Assembly: GCA_973851085.1 (NCBI GenBank)
Contig: OZ316775.1
Span: 14,322,001 to 14,386,000, forward strand
Reading direction: 5' to 3'
From: Ptychomitrium polyphyllum
Lineage: Eukaryota
Length of the DNA: 64,000 bases
Shown here one piece after another: positions 39,685 through 53,714 of this stretch; position 1 is the stretch's first letter; each line of letters opens with the position of its first letter. The notes under the pieces were generated by a model. The model saw only the letters and a list, made by a program, of their open reading frames with translations. It was not told the origin of the DNA and did no database searches. Position numbers and translations under genes: made by a program.

Positions 39685-42586
39685 CTATGCGTCCTTCTTC
39701 ACTTTTGGATTTTGTCCAGCCTTAGGCGGTTTAACAAATTTTCCAAGTACGAGGAGTGCTATTGGTAACAACGTGCCAGTGTAATACACAGTTTTATACA
39801 CCGCGATAGTGTCATTAAAATACAAAACCTGCAAAACGAAACAAAAGATGCTCAGTAATTAATTCAAGAAAAAACACGAAAGAAAAATTGAGCAAGGAAG
39901 TTGCTGATAATAACCCCTCTCGAATCTACCAGCGTATAGAAGAGACGTAGCAAAAGTTTGTTATACACAGAAAGTTCGAGTCACTAACCAGGAAACCCAT
40001 GACAGTGAGGTTGAGGACAAATGCAGTGTAGAAAAACCCAAACAGAGTGCCCAGATTAAATGCCAAAAAGTTATTCTTGGGTATCGCTTGTTGCCATTTA
40101 TATATTACTGCACAGTGAAGTGTCAGCACTGTTAATGATACATTATCAAAAGAAGTGACTACCAGAAAGACTTTGTTCACCATAAGGACGTCAATAACAA
40201 TAGAGGATTAGGAATTTACCTCTAGAGCCTGCAATCATAAGGGCGCTGTTAACAAAAAAGACCAGGTAACCAGTGTACAAACCCTGCATCCGGGACATCA
40301 ATGTTAGTCTTAAACTGTGTCTCAGATAACTTGACACAAAAGGAATCACAATTATTTTAAATGTTGGAAATCTTGTCATTATCTGACTTCCCACAGCCAT
40401 GCTACCTAGCCAACTCAAACAACAATGTTAAGCAAGGAATAAAAAATATACTTACATGCCAAACGGCGCTCACGACTTGTGTTGCAAGAAGCTGGCGGAA
40501 TCCAGGTCTCTTCCCTTTCACCACTAATCTTTCATAGACATCTGTAAGTGCAAGGTCAAGAAGTGCAGCGAACATGCATGACCCATCAGCAAGAAGACAA
40601 TGAATTAATTAAATTCAACTGAGCCTTAGGCATTTGCAAAGAAATCAATCCACGCAAGTTGACATCACAAAGGCAAGATTTCGTTCAACATAAGCCAATA
40701 GGCAAAACTTGTAAAACAATGAACGAGGATACAATGCCGTAGCCACACGCTGACGTGAATGTTCCAATATTTTGGAATCTCTGCTGCACTTGTAGCTAGC
40801 TCCACATTGAGTATGTCAACATTGTGTGCTCTTGACCACTTTGCCTTCGGTTCTTCAGAAGGTGCGGCTTTGGACCAGCCACTAAAACCGAATCCAGATA
40901 TCATTACAGCAGCCTCAGATAAGAACCAAATGAAATAGTACTTCCATCTTGCACCAAAGCCACACAGGTACTGATACAAGACACGATGCCAATATCCCCA
41001 CTCCATGTATTCGGGTGAAGTCAAGAAGCTCAAGGGAAATTTTCCTGTCATGTACATGTAAATGCCCATGCAGACAAAGGCTTTCACAGTTGCGAAAAAC
41101 GCCTCTCTGTTAGGAGATGGGGGTCGCTTTTCGGCTGCAGGGTCCCACAACCCTTTGTTCTCGCTCCAATCCATGTAATCCCTCAGCTCAAACACAGGAC
41201 CAACCAAATGTGTCCCACAATTGAAACAGTAGCCGAGGTATGCAATAAAGGAAGGAAGCTTCTCCAGCCGGTACTTCTTCTGTGCTTCGCGGAGCTCATT
41301 TTCATCTTCAATCAAACCATCTTGATAATTAAAAGCTGCTGATGTGACCTTCAGGGTCAGCACCATCATTGAACCTATGAAATCGCACGGAAACGAATGT
41401 CAGAGTGGAATAAGATGATGATCATGTCATACAGGATACCCTGACAAATGATTTAATTACTTTCCATTACCAACATTCTCAAAACATTGTACTCGACATA
41501 CTCCATAAACCTTGGCATTGATTCTCATTCCACCGAAGACGTACCAGTTGAATCAATGCCGCCGTTCTTCCAAGCATCGCCGCTCATGAACGCCACATGA
41601 CTGCAACCCACCAAGCCATCCGTATAATCAACCACTCAACATCGTCGCCATTTTGTACGTATGTGCAAAGGCGTCTTTCACAATGGCTATGATGTGAGTT
41701 TCTGCAGTTTCAGCACTTTATTCTCTGCTTAAACAATTCCAAGTCCTCTAAACTTTTAAAACATCATTTCGGGCACAATTTTCATCCACCCCAAAGCATA
41801 AATTGGTGAAACGATTTCCGAGATTAGGAAATGTGAAATTCTATCTGGTTACTAAAGTAGAGAATACATAAGTTCGACCATAAGTATTCTGCATTTTACA
41901 ACACATATTCAAAAGGTCTTCCGATTCTCAAAGTTCAATCGATTATTATTTTCTGGGGAGCCTGGGAACCACGTGACCCGCTGCTACGTCCAAGTCCTCA
42001 AGTGAATTTCTAACAGAATATAACACGGACCACTTGCTGTATACAATTCAACCACCTCCTAAGCAGTTTTGCACTTTAGTGTTTGCAAGAATAGAGTTTC
42101 CGAGTTCGCTTCTGTGCATATCGTCAAATTCCATACCTTATTCAATGTGGGGAATATGGTAAAAGGGCAATGCTGAGGGACTCAGGAGCTGAGAATTGCA
42201 CAGCTCTAAATACAGAGCAAGAAGAAAAGCACAATAGTACTTCTCTTAATTACAGGATCGTCATTGAAAGGGCTGCAAAGCACATACCACGCTATGAGGT
42301 AGCCAAAGGCGAAGACAGCAGAGATGACCCCGCACTTTCTTTTATTCAACATCATCGCAGCATAGCTGACAAAGATGGGCACCATGAAGTAGAGGTTGGA
42401 TGAGGAGCCAAATGCGCAATGAGAGAGAGTCGCGCCGCTCACGAATGCGTACAAGTGGCGTGCTTGAATGTTTGGGATAAATCGCCAGAGCCAACTGGCG
42501 GGGATTGATGCCATGAAAGAGAGGAGGAACCACAGAACAGGAATTCCGATTCCCAGTGCACCCGCGACATCCTGCATCAAGGCCAT
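39685..42586 (-). CDS. LPCAT: MBOAT-family lysophospholipid acyltransferase (LPLAT/LPCAT), 7 coding exons, about 469 aa
   Basis: Exons: 42586-42288, 41600-41545, 41374-40733, 40541-40456, 40283-40220, 40107-39989, 39828-39685. These total 1410 nt, all GT-AG with consistent phases. Motifs include MSGDAWKNGGIDSTGSMMVLTLKV, ARWKYYFIW, WNIHVSVWLRHYVYERL, catalytic SAVWHGLY and a C-terminal KKDA di-lysine ER-retrieval signal. A 5'-UTR intron acceptor is likely at ~42671. Confidence 0.95.
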
Positions 42587-44249
42587 CGTCCCAATCACCT
42601 CTCTAAATGACGCACCGTGAGAGCAGGCGCTTTCGACTCTCCCTCCAATCTCTTCGCCCCACCCAATCACCTGCAAAAAGCACAGTCCAGAGCATTAGAG
42701 CACACTAAACCAAGGTGCGCAGAAGAGCGGGATCTACAGCTAATTGTACCAACTCATGTTCCAATGCAAGCCTCGCTTAGAAAAGCAGATTCCCAGAGCG
42801 AGCTGGCAAAACTGTCAACTCAAGAATCTCTTCGTCGTGCATAATTGCCTCCCAAAACATGCCTAGAAGTTATCGTAAAACAATCATTCTCTACAACGCC
42901 TCGACTCCTCGGCGCCCACAACATTGCTCGTAGCTGGAACATCTGCACCAGCTTTTCTAACACCTCGTGTGAAGCACGCAACTGAAGCATCAAAGATAGC
43001 CAAACGCACAAGAATTCCAGCTCTTTTGAGGGGTTTAGTACCACTCTGTTTAATCGTCACAAAGGTCGCACAACGAACTCAAACTCCAAATCCAATCCAA
43101 CTGCCTGACTTCTTGAACCCTACTTCACCTTTCACTCTCAAGCCCCTCTACATGACATCAACCAAACCCAGCAATCAAAAGATGATAGGCAAAAAGCATG
43201 AATTCTAGGAACTTCATGCAACCCATGTGCTATCCAAAAACACTTCACGATTCACAAAACGTGTACAATAAGTAATCCTACAAAACTGATCCCCAAGATG
43301 AAATCCAAGTGGTCTCATAAACCCGATAAGTGCCGTCTCGCACAAAGATTCAAACCGAATAGTACTCTCTTCAGCTTCCTCTAGAGTGACCTCTAAGACA
43401 AATTCAACCATTCCACCCAAAGGGTAAAAACGCGCCACCAACTGCACCCTACTTCACGTGACAACCTCTTGGGCCATCCAGAACTGCGTCAATCCAAAAA
43501 CCAGAAACGGATTCTGCAAGAGAAAAACCGTGAGAATTCACGCTTACAATGAAAGACGAATGATAACAAACTGGTCAAACCTGCAAAGCTGGGTCGTTTT
43601 GAAAACTGAGAAACTGGGTGGTGCGAACACTGTGGTCGCAGAATCCGCCACAACCGTGACGACCACAGAACGAACTCCTCAGCGCGCGCGGCGCGATCGA
43701 TCGACTTGTTGCTTCCATCTTCGACGTCATGTTCGAGAAACACCCTCGCTCGCAGGGACGCCGGTTCCGCATGGAACTGTCGTCGTCTATGCCTCCGACG
43801 AGAATGTCACGGCGCCAATTCCGTAGTCGAAACTCCAATTCCAAACCCGTCGCACCCCGTAAACCGACCAAAAATTTGCAGCCGACAAACCACTATGCCA
43901 CCTGAAATCTATAAACCACGTCGACAATGTCGGAATCACATGCTGTCACTATATTTAAAACCGTCATTATTAATAAAACAATTTAGATTCTGCGATATCA
44001 AGTGCGTGCATTCGGGAGATAATGTCGATCTCTATGGAGTGACGGTTTTTAGTGCTGTTATGGATGTTCTAGTAAACAGACGCCTTTTAGTTACGGTGAC
44101 GGTATCTATTACTGTTGTGGTTTTCGGATTTATCTCGTGGAAACCGTGACGGTTCTGGGCATAGCGACGGTTTTGGATGTAGTGATACCCTTTAGGTACA
44201 GTGACGGTTTTGGGGATTGGGCGTCACTTAGATGGGTTGCGGTGGTTTT

Positions 44250-44263
44250 CTGCCACGTGGCAG
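44250..44263. promoter_or_regulatory. Palindromic G-box/ABRE-type element upstream of the LPCAT gene
   Basis: CTGCCACGTGGCAG is a perfect 14-bp palindrome with a CACGTG core, at the upstream edge of the GC-rich LPCAT 5' region. Function is not demonstrated. Confidence 0.45.
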
Positions 44264-47200
44264 TTGTTGGGGACGAGCAGTTGAGATTTCTCGTTCAAGT
44301 TGGAGTATGATAGGATGCAAAGGTGGATGAAATAATTAGTGCTCTAGAATGGTGGGTGGTATCATGGCAACAATGGTGAATGATTCTGGAGAGTGTGTCC
44401 ACATTCACCACTTCTCGCCATGGGGTAAACTCCTGTTTTGTTTGGATTGTTGTGGATTTTTGGATCTATTGGAAATTGGAAAGACGACTTCGGTATTGTT
44501 GCAAATATGATATATTGTTGCAAATATAACATTAATTTGCAACATACTTTGTAGCCTCTATGTGTGAGTTTATAAGGGGTGTTCATTTGGTAATAAATAG
44601 GTTATGTATGGAAAAGATTAATATATTTATTGAGGTTTAGGAAAATTATATCTCATAGGAAAATTTGATAACATATGGTCTTTGTGAATCACATTTAGAA
44701 AAGATCTTCTAGGATTTTTCAATTGTTTTGTATGTAAAATTCAATTTGCTTCTCTAAACTTGTATTTGTAGAATTAATTATTGATGTCATAAATCCATTC
44801 CAACCAACATTCATAATACATTAGAGTCTACAAAAAAGAACAAGTTCCTTAATTTATTTATATTGAAATTAATTCCATATATGAAAATACAACAATATAT
44901 GATTTGTATATTTAAAGGTATTATGCACATAAACAAGTTTAAAAGACCATTGTACATATATGTAGTGGAATATTGGATATGAATAATATCAAAAAAAATC
45001 CAAACCTTATATTCCAAGTCTAATTTATTTTAATTTTATAAGTATAATTTTTTTGTTAATTTTGCAATAAAAGAGTAATCATTTCTATTCCAAAGGATTG
45101 ATATAGTATACATTCTTATATTTTTATTTTTTAAAAGGTATCTTTCTTGTTATTAAAAAAAAGGATATTTTCTTTAGAATGTGTTTTAAATCAAGACATT
45201 TTTTTGCTGCATGATCTTAAACCATTACTAAATTAAAACATTTGGATTAAGCATCCTACTATATAAAATATTTATTAAACTTGGTACTTATAGAAGGAAT
45301 AGACTGGTATTCTAATGATGTTGATTATAATGTAAGGTCATTTATCTAAAGAACTTTACAATATAATAGTAAATCTAGCTTTAAAATTTGAAAATTCTTC
45401 TAAATTTTGATTTATTACCTTAAAAGAAGTTATAAATAATAAAAATAAATTGTGATTACATAATGGACAATTGTATTTAACTATGATGTGTAGTTATAAA
45501 TAACAAAAAATATAAAATATAGTTATTAATGTAAAAGTTATTACAATATTTTCCAATGAATAAAATTAACTTCAATGCAAATTTGGTAGCTTAGAAAAAT
45601 ATGTATTTTGTGTATGTGCTTTAAATATTATTAGCAATTAATAATGTGTGTCTCACATTGATAAAATTTACAAGACAAAAGTATGTTGTAATGTGAATAA
45701 ATTATTGCCAATACTAGGGTCACTTTAAATTTGAATACATATGATTTTCAATAGAATTTTGCCTTTTAATAGGTCTAAATTCCATAATGATGGTAATGGG
45801 TATAATAAAGGTGATTTTTATTACTTATAAAAGATGAATGGTGGCTATAAAGGCCAACGATGGTTTTTAATCCTACTCTCTCTATACATTGTATTTTCTA
45901 ATAATCAAGGTTTACTATCTTTTTGTGATTTTTCACATCCTTATTGTTTCTTGTGATTCAAATGAAATAAGATAATCCTTTCAAACTTTGAAATTTGGAA
46001 CAAGAACTTATGTTTGACAAATCTAAGCCTATAATAAATAAAAAACTCAAATTTAATAGATTTTTCATTTTTTCATTTTATAAATATGGCTAATCTAATT
46101 CATAATTTATGATTTTTGGCAAGAAAATATTTATTTGGAAAATTGAGTTTTTGCAAATAAAATAAGAATTTTTGGCCAATCCAAAATACAACAAATTACA
46201 ATTGATACACTTCTGTTTTATAAATAAGAAATTTCCTTTACAAATCAATGCATGTTTTGTAGGCATGGGCATGAGGCATTAAAAACAATGGAAAACTTGG
46301 CCTTGTGAAATCTTCATATTATTTTTTCATAAGCTTGCTAGTCACTTCTAGGATGAAGAAATTGAACCTACAATTCTTAACTTTAAATATTCATTACTTA
46401 TTAATATGATGTTCTAATAACATTACTTAAAGTGCATTGGAATTCAGTTTCACTCATGGAAAAAATTCAATTAAGAAACTCGTGGTTCATTTAAAAAAAC
46501 CATGCTCGCTTGCCTTGAATTCATACTAATAGGTATTGATATTTCGACCTTGACAGTGACACATCTCAACTGCTAAAGAATGTTACGAACTTAAACTAGA
46601 GCTGATTAATTTTTTTAAAAACGTTTGGAGGGAACAAGGAGACACATGAAAATTAAAGCTATGTAATCTCAGGTGCTACATTGGAAATTTAATTATTGTG
46701 TATTTCTTTCATTTTTCTGCAAGCCTTTGTAATGTTACTAAAAAATAAACTTTTTAACCTGAGCATATGTATAGGTCCTACAATGTGAACAATATCAACA
46801 TTTACATTGTCTAGCATGGTAAAGAAATTAACTTTGTCTAGCATACCAGAACCTTGCGAACATAGAAAGTAAAACCACACTAGTATAATTTCAGAATGCA
46901 GAACAATAGAGAGGACATGGAACCCCTCTGTATTCATCATCAGGTGGAATTTGTTTCTTGTAACTTGCAATCAATCAAAGCTTCGGAATGGGAAGACAAA
47001 CTCCTGATGTACGAAGTGCACTGACTTCAGGGCGCACATCATCACAGCCGCAGAAACACATCTACCACTCGTAATGAGCTTATGGTCTCAAGACTCACTC
47101 ACAATCACCTCTGCAACGCCCCTCAGTCCTTCCTTCGGTTCCTCCAATCAGGAATATCATGAGAGTTTCCAAATGATCACATGATGTACTAGCAAAGCAG

Positions 47201-50200
47201 AGTCATGTAAGCAACATGACATGTACTTATGACGGTCATTTTTCGTTTTTCGTCGCAAAGGCAAACGGAGAATTTTCATTGCAGACTAGTGACGTTACAC
47301 CCATGTAAGCAATAAGTTGCAAGTTGCACCTAAGAAAAGTTGCCTTGTGTCCTCCTTCCGAGGTTAGAACAGTGATAGCCAGCTTCTGCAGCCTTGCAAT
47401 GTGGATGGAAGATTTTGTGGCTTGTGAGTCAGGAGAGGCCACTTGGCGGAACATGAGAGAAAAGGAGAGTGTGGTTCCAGTTACAAAGTGATTTGAGTCT
47501 GCCGCTTAGGTTGAGCCTACAGGTTGAAATATTCGGGACTTCCCATTGGAAGGTGTGTTTTGTGCTACAATGAAATAGGCTCTTACATCGCAGTATGGTA
47601 GATTAGCGCACCACTGCAATTATGGAATGTGCATTTTCACCACAATCGTATAAGTTTTCAAACATTCGCTTTGCTTGCATGGTATTGTTGATTCGATCTG
47701 CGTTCCTCTTTTGAGCAAGGAAACTGCAAGGAGTCTACTCCACGTGTGTATGCTTTCCAGATGTGAACAGGGAACGTGCACACACTCAGGGCCAAACTAA
47801 TTTTTATCACCAATATACGAAGATCGAATGAAGATTTTGTTCTCCGAAGTTGTTCCTACTAATATGTGATTTTTTTATTTTTTTTGTTTTTTGGAAAATA
47901 ATGAATTCTCATTTATTCTCAAAAACTACTTAAACAAGTTAAATTTTTAACGAATTTGGTTAGCTTTGAAATACGGGTTTAAGGCCACTACAAACAAAAC
48001 CATGTCTTTTGGATAAAAAAATAGTCAGTCAAAAAAATTTTAAATGATGGTTTTGTATGTGAGCGAAAATTATTATTTTAAAAACTTCCTATCAACCATT
48101 CAAACAACAACCGATAATTTCCATTCAATATATGCAAAATCACCCTAAATTGTATTCAAATACTACTATATATAAAATCTTCTATAATTATTATATATAA
48201 TTTTTCATTAATTAATTTACATTCATCTTTGATTATTATACTAAAAAACATCATGTATTGTGGCCAAACTAATTTGTGTAATGATTTCATGCAAAGCTAT
48301 AAGTCTTAAATGAAAGTATTTTAATAAGTGACAAAAAGCATAATGATAATATAAGAGCCCTTTAATTATTTGATACCATGTTAAAAATTCACATGTAATA
48401 AAAACTTATCTCATGGTTTAAAACAAAATCAAAAACCAATATAGCCAATAATATATGATGAATTCTATATAGCAATCCATAATCTAATTTCCATCCAATG
48501 GCAATTTCATTTCTATCAAATTTTAATTAAATTTTTTAAATATGAATATAATGATTTAATAAAATCTAAAAAAAATTGGTTTCTTGTGATACTTTAGTTA
48601 ATGAACATGGATTGCTAGCTGCAATAACGAAGTTTGTTTTTTCATATATCAATCCAATGTTTTTTATTTATTCATATTGATGTTTTTGAATAATTGAAAG
48701 ACCTTGGTTTAATCTTCAATGATATGAAAAATTAAACATAAATTGTATTGAATGCATTTGGTGCTAATGGCAAGTATTGTACTAAACCAAAAATGAATGT
48801 TTAACTATATTATTATGAACAACCTTCATTTTATCTAAATCTTATTTAATAATTGAATGATATCTTTGCTAGATATCTTTAATATGATAAAAAATTAATT
48901 ATAGAAGAACATTAGGGAAGACAATCAATGCAAATAATGTGATATTATGACAACATATATTATATTTTTTATATCATAATTATTATAAATTATGAAAATT
49001 AATGTATATTGAAAATGTTATTTTTATTATTGATAATATTAGATAGCATATAGGCCATTACAAACTATTGGCTTTTGTAACCAATGTAAATTGTGTGTTA
49101 TATTAATTGAGGTATTTATAATGTAAAATAATTATATCTTTGATGATGGTGCTACATGCCTATTTTTTGATGGTTTGGATCAAAAAATATATATAATATT
49201 TTATTAAATGCAAGTATTACTTTAGCATTGCCTCTTTATTTTATTTTTTGGAATCAATCATAGAATTAGATGATAAATGGTGTGCTATAAAATGCTTTAT
49301 CACTGTTTAATTTCACACTAATTTCACACAAGCATTTTTCATACTTCAAATGCCATAAATATATACTTCATTATCCATCCAATGCACTTTATAATTTATA
49401 ATTCAAAACAATTTAGACCCTATAGCATCATCATAAAATTGACCATTTACTCATTAAAATGCCAATTCATGAATGAATATTTATTATAGGATACTCTACA
49501 ACAAAAACATTATGAATCAAATAAAAATAGCTATTTTTCTTGCACCACATTTTAAAAATTGGCAAATAGGCTAAAGTTTTTTTTAACAAGGTATTAAAGT
49601 GATGCTAGATTAAAAATATGACAACTCTAGAACAACACCTAAATCATAACTTAATATCCAAGACTACATATTTTAATTTTGTAGAGAAAATATGGTTTAT
49701 ATTCTCTTTTTTTTGTAAAATTTCTTCAAAGACTATTAACCAAACAAATTTTGACGTAACAAAAAATGGATAATCAACACAAAAAATTTGAGCATCTTCA
49801 TGACATTGTATTACAAGAAACAATTATATCCTTTTCAAATATGGAAACTATGAGTAGGTTTAAAAGTGGATCCTTGCAATACATTTTGCACATGTGCTAC
49901 TTGAAAAGGGTATGCTAGAATATCATGTACATATCATTCAAGTATCCTCTCAATATATGACACTTTCAATATTGTAAAAATCTAGATAATTATAAGAAAT
50001 TATCTTACTGGAGAACGAAAGACATAGGTTTCCGCTGCAATCTAAATTTATTCCAAAAGGAGAATGAAGAAGAAATGCCTACAGTACTATGGTATGTGAC
50101 TATGTGAGTAACAATAATGGCAGTACGCAAAACAGAAATACTAGTGTCGCAACCTTTACATTTGAACCTTGAAAGCTGTAACGTTGCACAAGTTTTGCAA

Positions 50201-50720
50201 TAGAAGAAGGAACATGCCCTATTAACAGACCATGTAAAAGTATAATCTGTACTCAAAAGAATGTGAGCAGAACCGTGACTATACAGACATTAGAGAGAAT
50301 CTGAAATTGAAAGTGCTCGGCATGAGAGTCATCAACTTCTTTGTTCATCTGAGAGCCCCAAACCCTCGAGCAAAACTAAAGCCGCTCTGTAGGTTCTGCA
50401 GTAGCAATGCCCAGTACTAAATTATTAGGAAGTTTTCTTGAATATTCTAGGAGATCAAAACTTGTTGCCGAAGGCAAACTTGCAGAATGCCGAGTTTGAC
50501 TGCGAGGTGTGGAGCCGATTGTATGTTCGCAAGGCTTATAATTCCGAACTCCAAAGTGTTATGTGGACGGATACACCATAAATATATCCTGAGTACCTCT
50601 TGTGTCGGCAACGAGAAAATCCTTTAGTTGGTAATTGGCTTGGTCCATAGAAAACCAGCACTTGTACCCAAGAAGTTCAAGCTGACACCATTACCTCACA
50701 GGCATGAAGATTAGAAGTGA

Positions 50721-53714
50721 TTACGTCGGGTGATGCGTTTGAGGCCATGTAGCACTTGGAAGAAGTTGCAACAAGGCATCAGCTGTCTCTGGTAAGAATT
50801 TACGTGCAAACAGAAAGCAAGGTCGTTCTTGCCCATTCCATAAGCATGGCTTTACTGTTAAAATACCCTACAACAACAACCGAAGCAGTCAGCCACAGAA
50901 ATCACCGGAAGACAGAGCATATGTACGATTTTGGTAGATCACATGATCTGTACGTACTCAACATTCACACAACAAAACAAGTGCTATATATTTCGGCTTA
51001 TAAACACACAGGCCCTTCAACTTCATGTCAATAGAGAACTGGAAATTTTTCTGCTTACCCGACCGTCACTGGTCACGTGCATGTGATCCTTGATTTTCTG
51101 TGGACATAAAATATTGCTTGAGTCATTTCTGCGCAACCTGCTGCTCAAGAAATAAACTACTACACCGATAATACAATACGCAAGTGTTCAGGATTGGTAA
51201 AACATTTAAGTTCTACTCCATTCTCGAACTGTCTTTCTCAGCCCTTTGCAAGAACATAGGGCTTAGCACTGACGAGCAGGATCAAATAAGTGTGTGCACG
51301 CATGTTTCAAAATAGTGATGCAGCAATCGCACATACATGACTTCTATAACTGGGAACCAGAAAATGTTCGAAAATTCAAATTTACCTGTATCTGTTGTAG
51401 TTTTGAAGGTGATCTAACATCTTCTTTGGTGTACGACCTTGGATGCCACTTCCCTTCTGACCAATCCACATGAGTTACGGTCCAATTGGCGAGGTTTGCT
51501 GGATTCATTATCTGCAAGCAATATTTTGCTTAGAAACTAACAACTACACAAAAGGTTTGCCCTTTCAGTTTAAAAAAAAGATTTGGCTATTATATAAAGA
51601 GCAGGAACAAAGCCCAACTATGCATCTAGCGCCAATTATTAACATTTGATCTTAACACTACTGCTATTAGTGAACAAAGTTGGTAATGCAGCTAATTGTG
51701 AATAGTAAAATGGAAAGGCCGTACATTAAGAAAGGTCGAAATGTAATGTTCATCAGGATAGCAATTACGATTTTCTTGACCAGGCTGCAGATCACCAAAA
51801 AAATTGTCATCAGTCATACAGGACGTGCTCATAGTGATGGCTCAAACACGTTGACATCGTTTGCTAGAACAATTTCGTTGTATTCCATCTAGCATCAAAG
51901 TGTGGCATGATATGTCGGTAAATGTGGAAGTATTTTACAAGATCATGAGCATACTTTCCCCTACAAGAATGGAGCTCAAATGTCTTAAGCTGATTCGAGT
52001 TTGTCTAAATGACAATCGTTGTAAAACCAAGGGGCAAAGAGGCAACAATTACTGCAAATCTCACCTTACAGTTCCACTTGAACTTGTTATAATATAGATG
52101 GTCAGCCACTATCAATAAACCATGATGCCGAGTCACTGCAAACCACTGCAGTGTAACAACAAAAGCGAGCGCTTAAGTACACCAAATATTAGGATCTAAA
52201 ACAATTCTGCACGGTTCCAACAGCCAAAAAGAGGAGTATGAATCCCTGTTCATCAGTACCTGTGCTCCTTTCCTCCAGTCACGTCTATGGATTTCTGGCA
52301 TCATTTGGTCCATATATCTCCCTTGGCCATGTGGTCCTGGATCGTCAAAACTGGCAAACCCCAAGATATCAAACGCGTCGTAATTAACCAATATAATCGA
52401 CAACCAAATCACGTGCAGTTAAAAAATTAGATTCATAGATGTGCAACCGGTTCCAACACGTCTTGATCACCAGTATGAGAAACTATTCTTTGAGATTTTT
52501 TAGAACGGTACTTACCAATCCACATAGCTCATATTTCCACCCAGAAGATAATCATATATATAGTCAAAGTCGTAGAGAGGTATGCATCTGCCAAGAGTGT
52601 CAGTAACAAGATCAGACACCGATCGTAAATTTATGCCGAACTTACAGAACTTTGAAGAGGAAGTCTAGAAACATACGATTCGGATAACAAGACGAAGTAC
52701 TGATTTTCCGGATCTAGTAGAGCATTGGCAAGTAATCGCCTTTCAGCATCCACCATTTCGATTCGTCCCCAAAAAACCTACAATGTCCAGTCATGTCATG
52801 AACTGCTAGCGTACATCAAGGTCTGGTAGTGTGCGCATTCACTATTGCACCTCATGATAATCAGTTTTTCTATCGGGGTTTCGCAATTAATTTTTGAAAT
52901 GTTTATCACAAATGTAGTTTGGCGGATTCCAGCTCTTAATGATGGATAGAATTTGCCTTATATATTCAGAAAACAAGCTTCTTGCAGGAATAACCTACAT
53001 GTAAACCTTAGAAACAGTTTGATAAAAATAAAAACCTGTTGAGCTCGTATATCACGACCTTGAAAGACATAGCTCTTCCGAGTTGGTTGTTCCCGAGAAG
53101 CATGCACGTAGACGGAGTATCTATCTTCATGGCCCTGCGCATATAGAAACAAATAGCATGGTGAGTATTATGTGAACAAGTCGAAAGACAATTATTTTAT
53201 ACTGGCAATTGTTCCAATTATTCAAGCAACTCATATGCCTGATCCAGACATAGGCACAGACCTTAAAAAACTTCTCCCAGAGTTTCTCAAACGGCAGAAC
53301 TCCTGCTGTTAAGAACATGAACGCAACTTTCGTCTTTCCAACATGAGGCAACGGCCGGGTTAAGATATCTTTGGCGAGCACGAAAGTTGACAGTTCCGCA
53401 TCAGAGTAGTTTCGCACAGGTGGAAGAATCGGCACGGAGTCAGGCTTCTGAGTCGTAAGGGGGGCAGGCTCAAGCACTGGAGATGAAGAATCGAAATGAG
53501 GGGATGGGCTTGGAACCATTTGGCAAGACTCGCCCTTCAGATAATCGCAATAAACACGGCCACCCAGATTCGCTATCGATGCCCAGCTCAAAAGACAGAG
53601 GAATAGAAGCGACATAGCCACTACAGCCCAAAATGATCTTCTCTGCGCCATTTTTCCTCTCCAGATGGCCATTGTGTAATGACAAGGATTCTCTCCTTCA
53701 CAAAGCTTCCTCAT
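50721..53714 (-). CDS. Core-2/I-branching (DUF266, GT14-like, BC10-like) glycosyltransferase, type II membrane protein, 10 coding exons, about 422 aa
   Basis: Exons: 53714-53262, 53134-53036, 52777-52677, 52587-52516, 52350-52260, 52145-52065, 51784-51725, 51511-51386, 51097-51059, 50867-50721. These total 1269 nt with consistent phases. There is an N-terminal TM segment, then KVAFMFLT, LPFEKLWEKFF, YSVYVHAS, MVDAERRLLANALLD, FVLLSESCIPL, WRKGAQWF, CYPDEHY, THVDWSEGKWHP and PCFLFARKF. The exact start Met is uncertain (MRKLC versus downstream MAIW/MAQR). Confidence 0.93.

Noticed and set aside
42617..44149. Several 75-147 aa ORFs upstream of LPCAT
   Set aside because: They lie in the GC-rich promoter, 5'-UTR and intron region on both strands, with no family motifs.
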